Notes: generated from the letters alone by a model not told the origin. A stretch of DNA of 64,000 nt from Felis catus (GCF_018350175.1 NC_058368.1:114888001-114952000); one strand, 5' to 3'; shown: positions 11,978-24,829, numbered from the stretch's first letter. Made by a program: numbers and translations.

Positions 11978-12181
11978 AAAAAAATTTTTTTTAACATTTA
12001 TTCATTTTTTGAGAGACAGAACGTGAGGGGAGGGGCAGAGAGAGGAAGTCACAGAATCCAAAGCAAGCTCCAGGCTCTGAACTGACATCACAGAGCCTGA
12101 CATGAGGCTCAAACCCACAGACCACAAGATCATGACATGAGCTGAAGTCGGACGCTCAACTGACTGAGCCACCCAGGCGTC
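11978..12181 (-). mobile_element. Can-SINE about 650 nt upstream of exon 2
   Basis: TSD ctttaag(g/t)cactactta (11961-11977 / 12182-12198). Confidence 0.92.
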
Positions 12182-12831
12182 CTTTAAGTCACTACTTATA
12201 CAAGCAGTCACTAACTGTTGGGTGTTTTCATTGAAGTCTTCCCCTAGACTTAAAGCCTCTAATGGAAGTTTACCTTGACACTGATACATTGATATTTGAC
12301 TAAGTGCGACTCGAAATTTCTTCTGGCTATGAGTGATAATAGCTGTAGGTGCAGAGGGCAGCAGACTTAAGCATTATGTTTTAATAGAGTAAGACAAGAT
12401 GTTCTCTAAGAATCCATCAAAAAATGAAGGAGTTATACCTTTTAGGTAATACTGCATTAGAAATGTTATGGAGTATGAAAAATCAGAATCAGGCCTTCAT
12501 TCACTTTAGCTTTTCATCCTGCTTCTAAGTTGTTATGGAAAAACTAGAAATAGACCTGGTTTGGTGCCAGAGAAGCCCAAAAGAAAAAGCTCTATGTGTT
12601 TGGAAGTGCTTCTTGTGGTACCTCTACTGTTTATAAACTTGGCATCTGAAAGTGTAAGAGGTTAAGAGTTACTGGGCCCTCTTGTACAGGCTAGTAAGAA
12701 TTTTTCCCCCTCTTGTGGTGAATGTAGCTTTGTTGTTATAAAACTCCTTTATAAAAGTAGAAGATTTGTTATATATTTCATGTTTGTGTTTGATGTTTGC
12801 CTCACTTTGGCCTTTTGTTTCCTTTTCAGAA

Positions 12832-12936
12832 ATGACTGCTGTCCATGCAGGCAACATAAACTTCAAATGGGACCCCAAAAGTCTAGAGATCAGGACTCTG
12901 GCAGTTGAGAGACTGTTGGAGCCTCTTGTTACACAG
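12832..12936 (+). CDS. CTNNA1: CTNNA1 exon 2 coding part (start codon; MTAVHAGNINFKWDPKSLEIRTLAVERLLEPLVTQ)
   Basis: Acceptor ccttttgtttccttttcag ends 12829; 2-nt UTR (AA); ATG at 12832; donor CAG|gtaaaa at 12937. Confidence 0.98.
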
Positions 12937-13312
12937 GTAAAAATCTGCAAACAAATACATAGGTGTAACATGGTTCCATAGTAGTAGTCCTGGGAAACAA
13001 ACACAGAGCATGGTTACTTAATTCAAAGCCTTATTTTGAGTGGTTGAGTTTAAGTTGATAGTATTTAGACGATTTGGCACCACTAATTATTTAAATATTG
13101 ATGCATGGATTCTTTTAACCCTATAGGAGCACAGTTACTGCCATTTTATTGAGGCTTATTGGCATTAATCGGGGATTAGTGGTATGTAATGTAACTTACC
13201 AAATGTTTGTATTTTGTAGACATTTTCTTGGCATCACTCTTTCCTTGTAAAGTTACAGGTTATATTCAAGAAAGATGGCCTTCCTTGACTGTGAAGTCTC
13301 TTCCCCATGCTT

Positions 13313-13503
13313 AGGGTGCCTGGGTGGCTCAATTGGTTAAGTGTATGACTCTTGGTTTTGGCTCAGGTCATGATCTCACGGCTCATGAGTTTGAGCCTCA
13401 AGTCGGGCTCTGTGCTAACAGTGCAGAGCCTTCTTGGGATACTCTCTTCCTCTCTTTCTGTTTCCGTCCCCCCCCCCCGCCCCCCAAATAAATAAATAAC
13501 AAA
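13313..13503 (+). mobile_element. Can-SINE in intron 2
   Basis: agggtgcctgggtggctcaattggttaag head; AATAAA tail. Confidence 0.88.
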
Positions 13504-13817
13504 CTTCTCTTTGTCTAGAATCAGTTAGTTGGTAATTTGAGGGTGTAGGTTTGGTTATGTTCTGTTAGAAATACGAATATCACTGTGTGATGATCTTTCA
13601 TTAATTGTTAGCAACTAGTATAAAAAATACATATACACACATATATATATACATATGTATTTATATATTTTAATATACATGTAGGAGAAGTGTATGGTAA
13701 GACTCAGGAATAGGTACTTTATTGGAGCCCATCCACTGTCGCTCTCAGCAGTTCTTTTGTGTGGCAAGCTACACTAATAACAAATGTTTAGTCATCTTCA
13801 ACCTACAGATCAGCTGG

Positions 13818-13829
<12 letters not shown>

Positions 13830-13886
<57 letters not shown>

Positions 13887-14108
13887 TTTTTTTTTTATTT
13901 TTTATTAACGCTTATTTGTTTTTGAGACAGAGAGAGACAGAGCATGAACAGGGGAGGGTCAGAGAGAGAGGAAGACACAGAATCCGAAACAGGCTCCAGG
14001 CTCTGAGCTGTCAGCACGGAGCCCAATGTGGGGCTCGAACCCACAAACTGTGAGATCATGACCTGAGCCAAAGTCGGACGCTCAACCAACTGAGCCACCC
14101 AGGCGCCC
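13830..14108 (-). mobile_element. SINEC_Fc with (TA)n/(TTTA)n tail
   Basis: TSD ctggtattatatata (13815-13829 / 14109-14123). Confidence 0.92.
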
Positions 14109-14367
14109 CTGGTATTATATATATTAATGATAGTTAATATTCTGGGACTTAAACCACCATTTCAGTAGGCTACTTTGGACAGTCCTTCCTTTCTTTCTTA
14201 AGAGCTTTTACTAATTAATTGCTGAGAGTTTTATGAATAAAATGTGAAACAATTCAGAAGCAAGTTACCTTAAAACATTTTGCACAGGTTGAAAACTGGA
14301 AAATGTGACTTCCATGTAAAGCTAATAAGTTCATTGTTAATCTCTTTCTGGAACTACTACTAGTACT

Positions 14368-14553
14368 TCTTTTTTAAATGTTTATTTTATTTTTGAGAGA
14401 GAGAATGTGCATGCCCTGGGGGAAGGTAGAAGAGCGAGAATCCCAGGCAGGCTCTGCACAGATAGTGGGGCTTGCTCCCGTGAACACTGAGATCATGATC
14501 TGAGCCAAAATCAAGAGTTGGACCCTCAACTTACTGAGCCACCGAGGCATGCC
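14368..14553 (-). mobile_element. Older Can-SINE in intron 2
   Basis: Diverged SINE head and T tail. Confidence 0.8.
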
Positions 14554-14903
14554 TCTTCCTGGAGCTTCTTGATGACATGTAGAGATGTCTAACATGTTTC
14601 TAATCAGTTTTTAATTTGTAAAATGAAAGTAAAAACCTAGTTGTCATGTTTGAAAAATTAAAATATTTTTTATCTTGCACATTGAGGTAGCTAAATTATT
14701 TTAGGACCTAAATTTAGTGTCATTGCAGTATTTCTTAAATACGGAGAGAGTATGTGTTATTTGTTAATGCTTAGTGGAATTCATAAATGTGATGTTTCAT
14801 TTTGTTATGAATAATTTATTTTCCCTGTCTTTAAAGATGGTAGTCTTTCTATTGTTTTCATTTTAAATGACTGCAGTTTAATTTGTAAAAATGAAACTTT
14901 TAG

Positions 14904-15099
14904 GTTACAACTCTGGTAAACACCAATAGTAAAGGGCCCTCGAATAAGAAGAGAGGCCGTTCTAAGAAGGCCCATGTTTTGGCTGCATCTGTTGAACAAG
15001 CAACTGAGAATTTTTTGGAGAAGGGGGATAAAATTGCAAAGGAGAGTCAATTTCTCAAGGAGGAGCTTGTGGCTGCTGTAGAAGATGTTCGAAAACAAG
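14904..15099 (+). CDS. CTNNA1: CTNNA1 exon 3 (VTTLVNTNSKGPSNKKRGRSKKAHVLAAS...VEDVRKQ-G)
   Basis: Acceptor cttttag|GTT, 196 nt open frame, donor AAG|gtaggt; phase 0-1; missed by the ORF track. Confidence 0.97.
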
Positions 15100-15583
15100 G
15101 TAGGTCAATATTGCTTTTAATATAGAGAGAGGCAGACTTTTTTAGGAAATTAATCCTTGAAAGTGACCTTTTGTGGTCAGTATTCTCATTGTTATGCTTG
15201 CGAATTGCTCAGTAACTTATAATATTAAATTATTGGAGATGTATTAAGTTGTACTGCCTTTATTTTTAATCAGGAAAGATGCTAACAGAGGAACAGTTTA
15301 TTTGGAGTATCTGAATTGACTTCTTTTGGGTTTCCCAAGTAATTGTTGAGTCTTAAGAAATGTTCTAACAACAGTTTAATAGGAAATAAATGGGGTAGAA
15401 GTTTACCTTTACTCCTATGTAATACCTGTTTTTAGTTCATGCTGAAGACACAAAGGTGATAAAATGGAAAAATGTGCAACCATTCTGAAAATACCCTAGA
15501 AGTTGCCTCATTCTGTCAGGCTGGTGTGTTAAATTAGCCATGCGTACTGGAAGTGGTTTGAGTTTGAAATAAAAACAAATCTT

Positions 15584-15816
15584 GGGGGGCGCCTGGGTGG
15601 CGCAGTCGGTTAAGCGTCCGACTTCAGCCAGGTCACGATCTCGTGGTCGGCGAGTTCGAGCCCTGCGTCAGGCTCTGGGCTGATGGCTCAGAGCCTGGAG
15701 CCTGCTTCCGATTCTGTGTCTCCCTCTCTCTCTGCCCCTCCCCTGTTAATGCTCTGTCTCTCTCTGTCCCCAAAATAAATAAACATTGAAAAAAAAAATT
15801 AAAAAAAAAAAAGAAA
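15584..15816 (+). mobile_element. Young SINEC_Fc about 485 nt downstream of exon 3
   Basis: Near-consensus CpG-rich body; TSD aaaacaaat(c/t)ttgg. Confidence 0.95.
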
Positions 15817-16340
15817 AAAAACAAATTTTGGCTTAAAGGAATCCTCTTTTGGGAAACTTAGAATTAATAAAAAGTGAAATTTGTAACCCACAGCTTACCA
15901 GTAGTGCCTACTAGAAAAACTTGTCTTTATGATGGCTATAAGTATGATAAGACTTCATATCTGGAGCCTTAAATTCTTGAACCTTGTAGTTGTGTGATAA
16001 ACTGCTGGTCCAGCAGGAGGACTTAAACAAAGACCGTTTTTTGTAGAGCAATTATATATCATCTAAGGTGAATTGAGACCCTACTCTGTGCAGTTGTTTT
16101 ACTGGCCTTTGGGAGAACCTTACTGGATCTCACTGGTGGCTGACAGTGGACACATTCATCCCTGTGACAGTACCCAGAAAAGGGCAGTGCATTAAAAGAA
16201 GATGCTGTCTCCAATTGTTCTGAAATTGTAAACTAAAAACCTTGGATGTTAAATGTTTTTTTAATTTTCAGGCTGAAGATAATGTTTCTAATATTGCCAA
16301 TGATGAGATTATTTAAATTCCATATTACTAACTGGGTGGA

Positions 16341-16799
16341 TGTATTAGTTATCTACATCTGTCATAACATAAATTACTATAAACTTGGTGGCTGAGAACA
16401 ACAGAAATTTACTCGTTTACAGTTCTGGAGGCCAGGTACCTGCTGAAATCAATCAGCAGGGGTGAATCTTTCTTGGGGGCTCAGTGGAAGATTTTTTTGC
16501 ATGTTTTCTCCTAGCTTCTTGGAGAAGCAGCAATGCTTGGCATTCCTTGGCTTGTCGGCTTGTCGGCTTGTCACTCCAACCTCTTCCTTCCATGTCACAT
16601 GACATTCTCCCTGTGTGTTTCTGGGTGTAAGTTTTCCTCTTTATAAGGGTATCAAACACTGAATTAGGATCCCCCCTAAATCTGTTTTGCCCTCATCTTA
16701 ACTTGGTTATATCTGCAAATATCCTATTTGCAAATAAGGCCACATTCATAGGTTATGGGTGAACATGAGTTTTGGGGGGACACTATTCAATCCATTAGA
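16341..16799 (-). mobile_element. MaLR solo LTR (MLT1B/C-like)
   Basis: tgtattagtt...aaacttggtggct...aacaacagaaatttactc...cagttctggaggccag ... gggggacactattcaatcc; 5-bp TSD-like gtgga/gtggg. Confidence 0.8.
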
Positions 16800-17575
16800 G
16801 TGGGCTTTGAATGAATTTATTTTAAAGCAGTTGAATTGTCTAGTTCAGGATGATTTTTGAGCTTCTTGTTCAGGAAATCAGGATGGCTGTTACTTCATTG
16901 TCCTCTGTGAGAAGGTTTTGCTCTTCAGTCCTTTTTGCCTCAAAATAATATTATCAGATGAATTTTACCAAATATTGATTGAGTCTAGTAACTAAGACAC
17001 TTATTTTCAAAATACATTTAATTGTTACAGATAACTTGTAATTTCGTTCTATATGTGTTCCTTGTTTCAGAAGTTTATCTGATGTAAATTTGTAGCAATC
17101 ATGGTATAATACATGCCCCCTGCCCCCCAAATACCCCACAGTTTTGAATGCATATCTAAATATCTGTTTTCTTGTTTTTATTTATACCTGAGAAAAATTT
17201 TTATGTTGTTCTGAATTATAAGTACTTGTCTTTTCTAGTCCAACTTTGCAATTATTTATCATCATGATCTATTCACCATAATTTGCCTTCTCTCCTTGCC
17301 TTTTCTCCTTGCAAAAAAAAAAAAAGCTAAAACTAAAAAATATAACTGTCTCCCATCATCATTACTGCATCAGTTATGAAAAGCTGAAGTGCCTTGCTTT
17401 TATCTGTTGGCTTACTTTTTTTTTTTTTTTTTAAGAATCTTAAGTAGTATGAAACCTCTCTCCTGTCATAAATAGAACAAAGTACATGTTATGACAATGG
17501 TTAAGTGCAGATTTTTTAATCAACCAAACCTTGTTGGTTATGTTGTTGAAGCTGTTTGCTCATCATTTGAAACCA

Positions 17576-17988
17576 TGTAGTGGCATTAATATGTTTGCAC
17601 ATTCTTTGACAGCCCTCCCTTAAGTAAGTGGAGCCTGACTTTGATACTCTTGAATGTATGTTGGATTTAAATACTTTCACCTCTGTAAAGAATAGAATAT
17701 GGTAGAAGTGATGCTGTCTACTTTCAAAACTAAGTCATAAAGAGAGTATAGTACCTGTGTGGCTCTTCCTCATGGATTATTCAGTCTAGGGGGAAATTGT
17801 TAGTACCAGTTTGCCAAGCATGTGAGTAAGCAGCCTTGGGAGCAGATCCTCCAGCATTAGTCAGGTTTTAAAAGATGGCAGCCCTGACCAACTCCAAATT
17901 CTTGACCCTCAGAAGACTCAGCATAATAAACATTTATTTTAAGCTATCAAATTTTGGGGGTATTTGTTAGACAGCAAAAGATAATACA
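17576..17988 (+). mobile_element. MaLR solo LTR (MLT1F/G-like)
   Basis: attctttgacagccctccc...aatagaatatggtagaagtgatgc ... ccaaattcttgaccctcagaa...ttttgggggtatttgttagacagcaaaagataataca. Confidence 0.7.
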
Positions 17989-18231
17989 AACACCTTTCCC
18001 AGGTGGTCCTGAGCACTTACACAAAACTCTAACCTAACTACTCTTTTACTGCTAATAGAAAACACAGAGTAATTATGATTTATCTAGAACTTCATAGCAG
18101 ATTGACTAACAGAGTTAGAATATAATTCTTTGCATTTTGAGTTTGTTGCTTATCCACTGGAACACTTCATTGTGAAAGGTTGTATAAGAAGATTTCTTTG
18201 TTGTGAATCAATGTGAATTACGTTAGTTTAG

Positions 18232-18455
18232 TACAAGTTGGCAAATTTTTTTTGTAAAGAGCTAAGGTAGTAAATATTTTGGACTTTACTGGTTATAAGG
18301 TCTCTGTTAACACAATCAGTTCTACATTTGTGTTGGGAAAGTGGCTGTTGGTAATATATAAGCACATGGGCATGGCTGTGTTCCAGTAAAACTTACTTAG
18401 GAAAACAGAGGGTGAACTAGATTTAACCCATAGGCTCTGGTTAGCTGACCTCATA
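18232..18455 (+). mobile_element. MER58A hAT MITE
   Basis: gttggcaaatttttttgtaaag...gggcatggctgtgttccagtaaaactt...tagctgacc. Confidence 0.8.
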
Positions 18456-19554
18456 TCTAGGGTTTTCACAGACTGTTAAAGATAGGACCTTACTGTTTTT
18501 AAACTACTTATGTATTTATTTATAACACTTTGGAGCCCAAAGCTAAACTTACTATAGTTTTGAGTTTGTATAAGCCCTTTGCTTTCTCTGCAATCATCAT
18601 TAATAAATAGAGGCTTGAATGTATACAGTTTTTCAGCATAACCTAATTTTCTTCTTGTATTTGCCCCTGATTGCATGAATAATAAACACAAACATTTGTG
18701 AGTACATGAAAACCTTACCATAATAACACTGTCAGTAGGTACAATATTCACATACATACCCAGGGCCACTTTACCTCAAGGCTAATGCAGTGGACATGTG
18801 AGCCTCCTGTGGTAGATGGGAGCCAATTATCAATTGCATACCATACAAATTCTTGTGATCTAGGGGTTTCATTTTACTGCCAGTCACCTTGAGCTAGTTG
18901 TTGAGTAACTAACTACGTTATGTGGGCTGAGGCATGTGTACCTCTTCAATGTGCTCTTTTCTTTTTTGGGACCCTTTCCACCCCTACATGCACCATGCTG
19001 ATTATATCATTCTTATCTTATACTTTTTCTTCCTAGCTCTTATCACAGTGGTAATTAGATAATTGGTTGTCTTCCCCTCTCCAGGTTCCAGTAGGACAGA
19101 TAATTGACTATATTCTCCAAGAAGTGTGTGAGAAAAGGCTCTTGTCTCAAAAATTACAGTGAGTTTTCCTTCCTAGTGCCAAATGTAAACACAGGGTTAG
19201 GGTTGGAAAATCTTACCTTTGAAAAAATTGAGATATGATTCACATAACATAAAATTCATCCTTTTAAAGTATATGCATCTGTGGTTTTAGGATATTCACA
19301 GACTTGTACAGCCATTACCATTATCTAATTACAGAATATTTTCATCTACCCAAAAGGAAATCTCATATTAGCAGTCAGTCTTCATACATACGTATACATA
19401 TATATTTAACAATACCTAAAAAAGAGTATCTAAATGTATTTTGTGAATCCTTGAATAGTTCTCTGACAAGAAAAAGAGGGCTCTTATCTGGGTAGGCGAT
19501 ATCCAAGGGACAGAGATGAAAAGGCCTAAATGCAACTTGTTTGAAAAGGGCAGA

Positions 19555-19757
19555 CGGGCGCCTGGGTGGGTTGGTCAGTTAAGCATCCGACTTCAGCTCA
19601 TGTCATGATCTCGCAGTTCATAAGTTTGAGCCCTGCTTCAGGCTCTATGCTGACAGCTGGGAGCCTGGAGCTTCAGATTCTGTGTCTCCTTCTCTCTCTC
19701 TGACCCTCCCCTGCTCATGATCTATCTCTCTCAAAAATAAACATAAAAAAAAAAAAA
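19555..19757 (+). mobile_element. Can-SINE
   Basis: gggcgcctgggtgg head; TSD aaaagg(g/a)cagac. Confidence 0.9.
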
Positions 19758-21159
19758 AGGACAGACATTTAAAAAAAGGACAAGTGATGGTAGGTTGGAA
19801 GTAGAGTGATGAGGAATAGCTTCTACTAGAAGAGTTTTTAAAAATCCATTAGTTACAATTCACGGTTGGATCTCAAAGGCCAAGATCAGAGACTTACTGT
19901 TGCATCTTGGACATTTCTTTGTGGTCAAAGGAGAAGGCTCAAAGAAGCTGAGGTACTGCTTCTGATGATAATGTGCTCAGGAAAGGGGCCAAATAGATAA
20001 ATGATTAGTGTACTGGGCATTAGTGTATTTCCTGAGAAAAATCTTGTACAGCCAATCAGAGAAACCAGAGTGGGGTAAGGGCTGGGTGGTTTCTGATGAA
20101 GAGAGACTGTCTGCTAGCACACGGGAGACTGGTTATCCTGTTTTGTCCCAGAGCTTATAATCAGGACACTTGGACATAAAAAGTAAATTAATAGCATTAG
20201 TGGCATGCAAGGAATGGAGTGGAATTGGTAGGGTAATCATGGGATTAGAAAATCTTGCTGAAGGTGCACTGGATCTTGAAAGGTGAAAGGAGGAAGGGGA
20301 AAAAGTCATCTAGTTAAGAAAACCAGTAGACTAAGCAAGATGTGCATGGGGGAACAGTTAGAGCCCTGACTGGAGAGGGGTGCTTCTAGGAAAGATTAGA
20401 AGAAAAGAGCCTGGAGCTAGATTTTAGAGGGTGGTTTAGAATGCCAGGTGAAGGAGGGAGAATTCTCAGGGAAATGATATGGAATCAAACTCTAGGGTTG
20501 GAATAGGGCTCACAGGTTCAGGTTCCAGTTCCAGTATACTTGAATATATCTAATGATATGGGACTTGCTACCTCTGGAAGTAGCTTTTTCCAGCATTGCT
20601 TTGTGTTTATTTTTATAGCTCTTTTTCTTCTTAAATTAAACTAAAATATGTCTCTTTAGCTTTCTTCCTGTTATAAGAAGTTCTGCCATCTGGGCAACAC
20701 AGAATATGAGGAAAAGTGGTGTTTTCGGGAGATGAGTCTCTCAGCTATGTTCAGGAAGAGTTAAATGGTTGAGAGAGAGCCTGGAGGCAGGACCAATAAT
20801 CAGGAGATCATCACAGTGGTGAGGGGTGAGATGGAACTGTTAAGGAAGGGACTGCTATTATATACAGTCCAAAGGAAGAATGGGCCAATTGTTAACTGCC
20901 AGGTTGGCCTGAGCAGATGGCTGGTCTTCTTTATAGATAAAAATGAGGGACCTAGTATGTGAAAGATTGTAATACTTTATTTTCCTATAACTTGAATCAT
21001 TTAAGGCACTGTATGCTTCTAAAAACTCCACAGGAATTACCTAATATTAGTATATTCTCTTAGAGACATTAAGATTTTGTTACACCAGTTTTCAGTCAAA
21101 TTAAAAAGATCTGTTACACCGTTTGCTTTATTTACGCTAATAAAAAGTCAATTAACAGG

Positions 21160-22530
21160 TTAATTTTATTTTTCTTAACTTTTAATTTTGAATCACAGGA
21201 ATTTTCAAAGATAGTACAGTGGTTCAGTGGATCCTTTATTGAGTTCCCCCAGTGGTTGTATCTTATGGAACTATGGTACAATATCAACATAAGGAAATTA
21301 ACACTGGCATAATATATGTGTGTAACTCTCTGATTTTATCATGTGTACATTTGTGCAGTCACCACTGCAATCATGATACAGAACTTTTCCATCACCATCA
21401 CCATGATAAAGTTCTCCCTCATGCTTACCCCCATATAGTCACACCCATTCTATTTACACTACCCACCACCTCTGATCCTTGGTAACTTGCCTGTCTCCAT
21501 TTCTAATTAATTCTGTCATTTCAAGAATATGGTGTGAATGGAATCAGACAGTATATGACCTTTTGAGATTGGCTTCTTTTAGTCAACATGATGGCCTTGA
21601 GAGCCATCCAAGTTGGTATATCAGTAGTTTGTAACTTTCTGTTGTTAGGTAGTATTCTATGAATACTCCATGGTGTATATATAGTTTGTTGCATAGTAAA
21701 AGCTTTTAATTTGAGGAAGTCCACAATTTTTTGACCCCCCCCCCCCCTCCTTGTGAGTCAAGTTTTTGGTGTCTAAGAATTCTTCACCAGGGTTTAGCTT
21801 ATGAATATTTTCCCTGTTTTCTTTTAAAAGTTATTTTTAGTTTTATGTTTTACATTTAAATCTTCGACCACTTTTGGGTTAATTTTTGTATAATATGTGA
21901 AGTTTAGGGTGAGTTCATTTTTGCTCCCTATGGACTTCCCCCCAGTACCATTTGTTGAAAAGATTCTCTTGCTTTTGCACCCTTGTCAAAAATTGGTCAA
22001 CTGTGCTTGTATGGGATTATTTCTGAGTTCTCTATTTTGTTCCATTGATGTCTGTGTCTTTTCCTCCACCAGTACCCACACAGTCTTTATTGCTATAGCT
22101 GTATGAGTCTTAGAGTTGGGTAAAATGTTTCTTCCCACCTAGTTTTTTCCTGAATTGTTTTAGTTATTCTCTTTTGTTTTTCCGTATAAATATTAGATAA
22201 GCTTATCTGTATCTACAAAAAATCTGGGACTTTGATAGAATTACATTAAACTTGTAATTAATTTGGAGAATATCGACATTTTTACTATATTGACCAGTAT
22301 AGTTATGACCAAACTATATTTCCATCTATTTAGATTTTAATTTCTTTCATCAGTGTTTACATATAAGCCTTCTACATGTTATTTTAGATTTACATTACTT
22401 CATTTTTTAAAATGTTTATAAATAGTATTTTATGTATATGTGGTTTTGTGTTTCCTTTCAAGTCCATGGCTAAATGCATATGCATTTTACCCTAGTATTA
22501 ATTGTAATTTTGATACCATTTTATTTTTTT
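21160..22530 (-). mobile_element. Old L1M (L1MB/MC-like) fragment, 3' UTR into ORF2 remnant
   Basis: gaatggaatcagacagtatatgaccttttgagattggctt, ccagtaccatttgttgaaaaga, ttctgagttctctattttgttccattgat. Confidence 0.8.
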
Positions 22531-22704
22531 TAAAGAATTTAACAGTAATTATAGGCATTTTGTTTGTTAGTATAACCTTGGAATTTGTAATGTTTAAAAC
22601 TATGTATTTTTTATTCCATAATTTCCCTATTGGACTTAAAAGTTTTTATGTTTTTGATATAAATAATGCTCGAGTGAGTAAGCATGTACATATAGTGTCT
22701 CCCC

Positions 22705-22930
22705 CTTTATTTTATTTATTTATTTATTTAACGTTTATTTATTTTTGAGACAGAGATTCAGAGCATGAATGGAGGAGGGGCAGAGAGAGGGGGAGACACA
22801 GAATCAGAAGTAGGCTCCAGGCTCTGAGCCATCAGCCCAGAGACTGACGCGGGGCTTGAACTCACGGACCGCGAGATCATGACCTGAGCTGAAGTCAGAC
22901 GCTTAACCGACTGAGCCACCCAGACGCCCC
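22705..22930 (-). mobile_element. SINEC_Fc
   Basis: Near-consensus body with TTTA tail. Confidence 0.92.
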
Positions 22931-23120
22931 TCTCCCCCTCCCCTTTTAAAAATTACATCATTAAGATACATTTCCAGGAGTAGAAATAATAGGGGCACAG
23001 ATCTTTTTTATAAACTGAATAATTATATACAACAAAATACACAAATCTGTGTACAGTTTGATGAAGTTTTACACACACAGGGGCATACATTGGTTATAGG
23101 GCTTTTAAAATGTATTCCTA

Positions 23121-23281
23121 GGGGTGCCTGGGTGGCTCAGTTGGTTGAGTGTTTAACTCTTCATTTCCGCTCAGGTCATGATCTCATGGTTCCTGGGTTT
23201 GAACCCTGCTTTGGGCTCTGCGCTGACAGTGTGGAGCCTGCTTGTGATCCTCTCTCTTCGTCTCTGCTCCTCCTCTGCTCA

Positions 23282-23338
<57 letters not shown>

Positions 23339-23367
23339 CCCCTCTCAAAAATAAATAAACTTAAAAA
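23121..23367 (+). mobile_element. Can-SINE with expanded (CT)n
   Basis: TSD aaaatgtattccta (23107-23120 / 23368-23381). Confidence 0.92.
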
Positions 23368-23629
23368 AAAATGTATTCCTAACTTGTTATCCAGTGTGGT
23401 TATATCTTCAGTTTTCTAATATTCTTACAGCCTCACCAGTTACAAGGGACAGTAATTCAGAGTTGTTGAAGCAAAAGGGAGTTTATGGGCCTTTGTAATT
23501 GAGAATTCTAGAAGTAGATTGTGATTTCAGGGATAGATGTGACTGACTCGAAGGGTGTGAGGCTTTTTTCATCACTTGGCTCCACGTATTTCATTTTACC
23601 CCTATTTCCTTCGTTCGTTAGTTCCTTCC

Positions 23630-23960
23630 TTCCTTATTTGAATGTAGTTGACACACAATGTTACATTAGTTTTAGATGTACTACATAGTGATTGGACAGG
23701 TTTATACATTATGCTATGTTCACCACAGATATAGCTACCATCTGTCACCATCCATTGCTATTACAGTATCATTGACTATATTCCTTATGCTGTGCCTTTT
23801 ATTCTCGTGACTTTTTTATTCCATAACTGGTAGCCTGTATCTCCCATTCCCCTTCACCTATTTTGCTTGTCCTCCTTCCCCTCTGACCATCAGTTTGCTC
23901 TCTGTATGTCTTACTCTCTTTTTTGTTTGTTTATTCTTTTTTTTTTTTTAAGATTCCACC
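23630..23960 (-). mobile_element. Carnivore L1 3' end fragment
   Basis: atgtagttgacacacaatgttacattagttt...gctaccatctgtcaccat...agattccac. Confidence 0.75.
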
Positions 23961-24259
23961 TTTAGTTTGAGGTGGTCATCTTAGCCAAAAAAGAACTTTT
24001 CTTCCTCTGTGTCTATATTTTAGTCATAGAAGGGACTGGTTAGCTTTGCTTGGGTCATGCTCAGCACTGAACCAGTTTCTAGTCAGCCTAGATCACATGT
24101 TCGCCCTAGAACAGGAGGAATGGGGGAGAGTTCTCCAAAGGAATACAGGATATAATAAATTGGCATTGAGTGGAAACAAATAATCCTTTTTGACAAATAT
24201 TGGGATAATCTTAAAATTTTTTGCTCTCTTTATAGGTGTAAAATGCTACTTCCTTAATT

Positions 24260-24335
24260 TTTTTCTTTTCTTTTTTTTCCTTTTTATTTTCGAGAGCGAG
24301 CAATAGAGCACTAGTGGGGCAGAGGGAGAGGGAGA

Positions 24336-24378
<43 letters not shown>

Positions 24379-24499
24379 TATTCAGCAGGCCCATGCCCAG
24401 TGTGGAGCCCGTTGGGCTCTATCCTACGACCTTGGGATCATGACCTGAACCCAAAATCAAGAGTTTGATGCCCAACCAGCTGAGCCACGTAGGTGCCCC
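24260..24499 (-). mobile_element. Can-SINE with (GA)n
   Basis: SINE head ctgagccacgtaggtgcccc, T tail. Confidence 0.85.
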
Positions 24500-24829
24500 G
24501 CGACTTCATTTAAAAAAATGTGCATTATTTGGGGGCAGGGAGGATTGATGTTGACATGTATGTGTTATTTATGCATATATTTGGAACATAATGGTGTTTT
24601 TGGGAGTTCCTACGGCATTGGTAGGTATCTGTAAACATTCATTCTTTGTAGTTGATTGGTTGAATCCTGTTACTTTTCTTATCAGTTGGAATTTTACAAG
24701 ATTCTGGAAGATTGAGACATGTCTTACTGGGCTGGAGGTGCTAATCTTTTAGATTTCCCATCACTAATGTATTGACGAGGTAGAATTAACTTAGAGTTGA
24801 AAGTCAATACGTAAATTTGTGTGTGTCTA

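Noticed and set aside
1..12829. CTNNA1 exon 1 and promoter CpG island
   Set aside because: No CpG-rich non-repeat stretch; it must be upstream of the window
14805..15098. Antisense ORFs overlapping exons (also 12669-13004, 39919-40125, 51894-52112)
   Set aside because: Shadow ORFs of coding exons with no independent evidence
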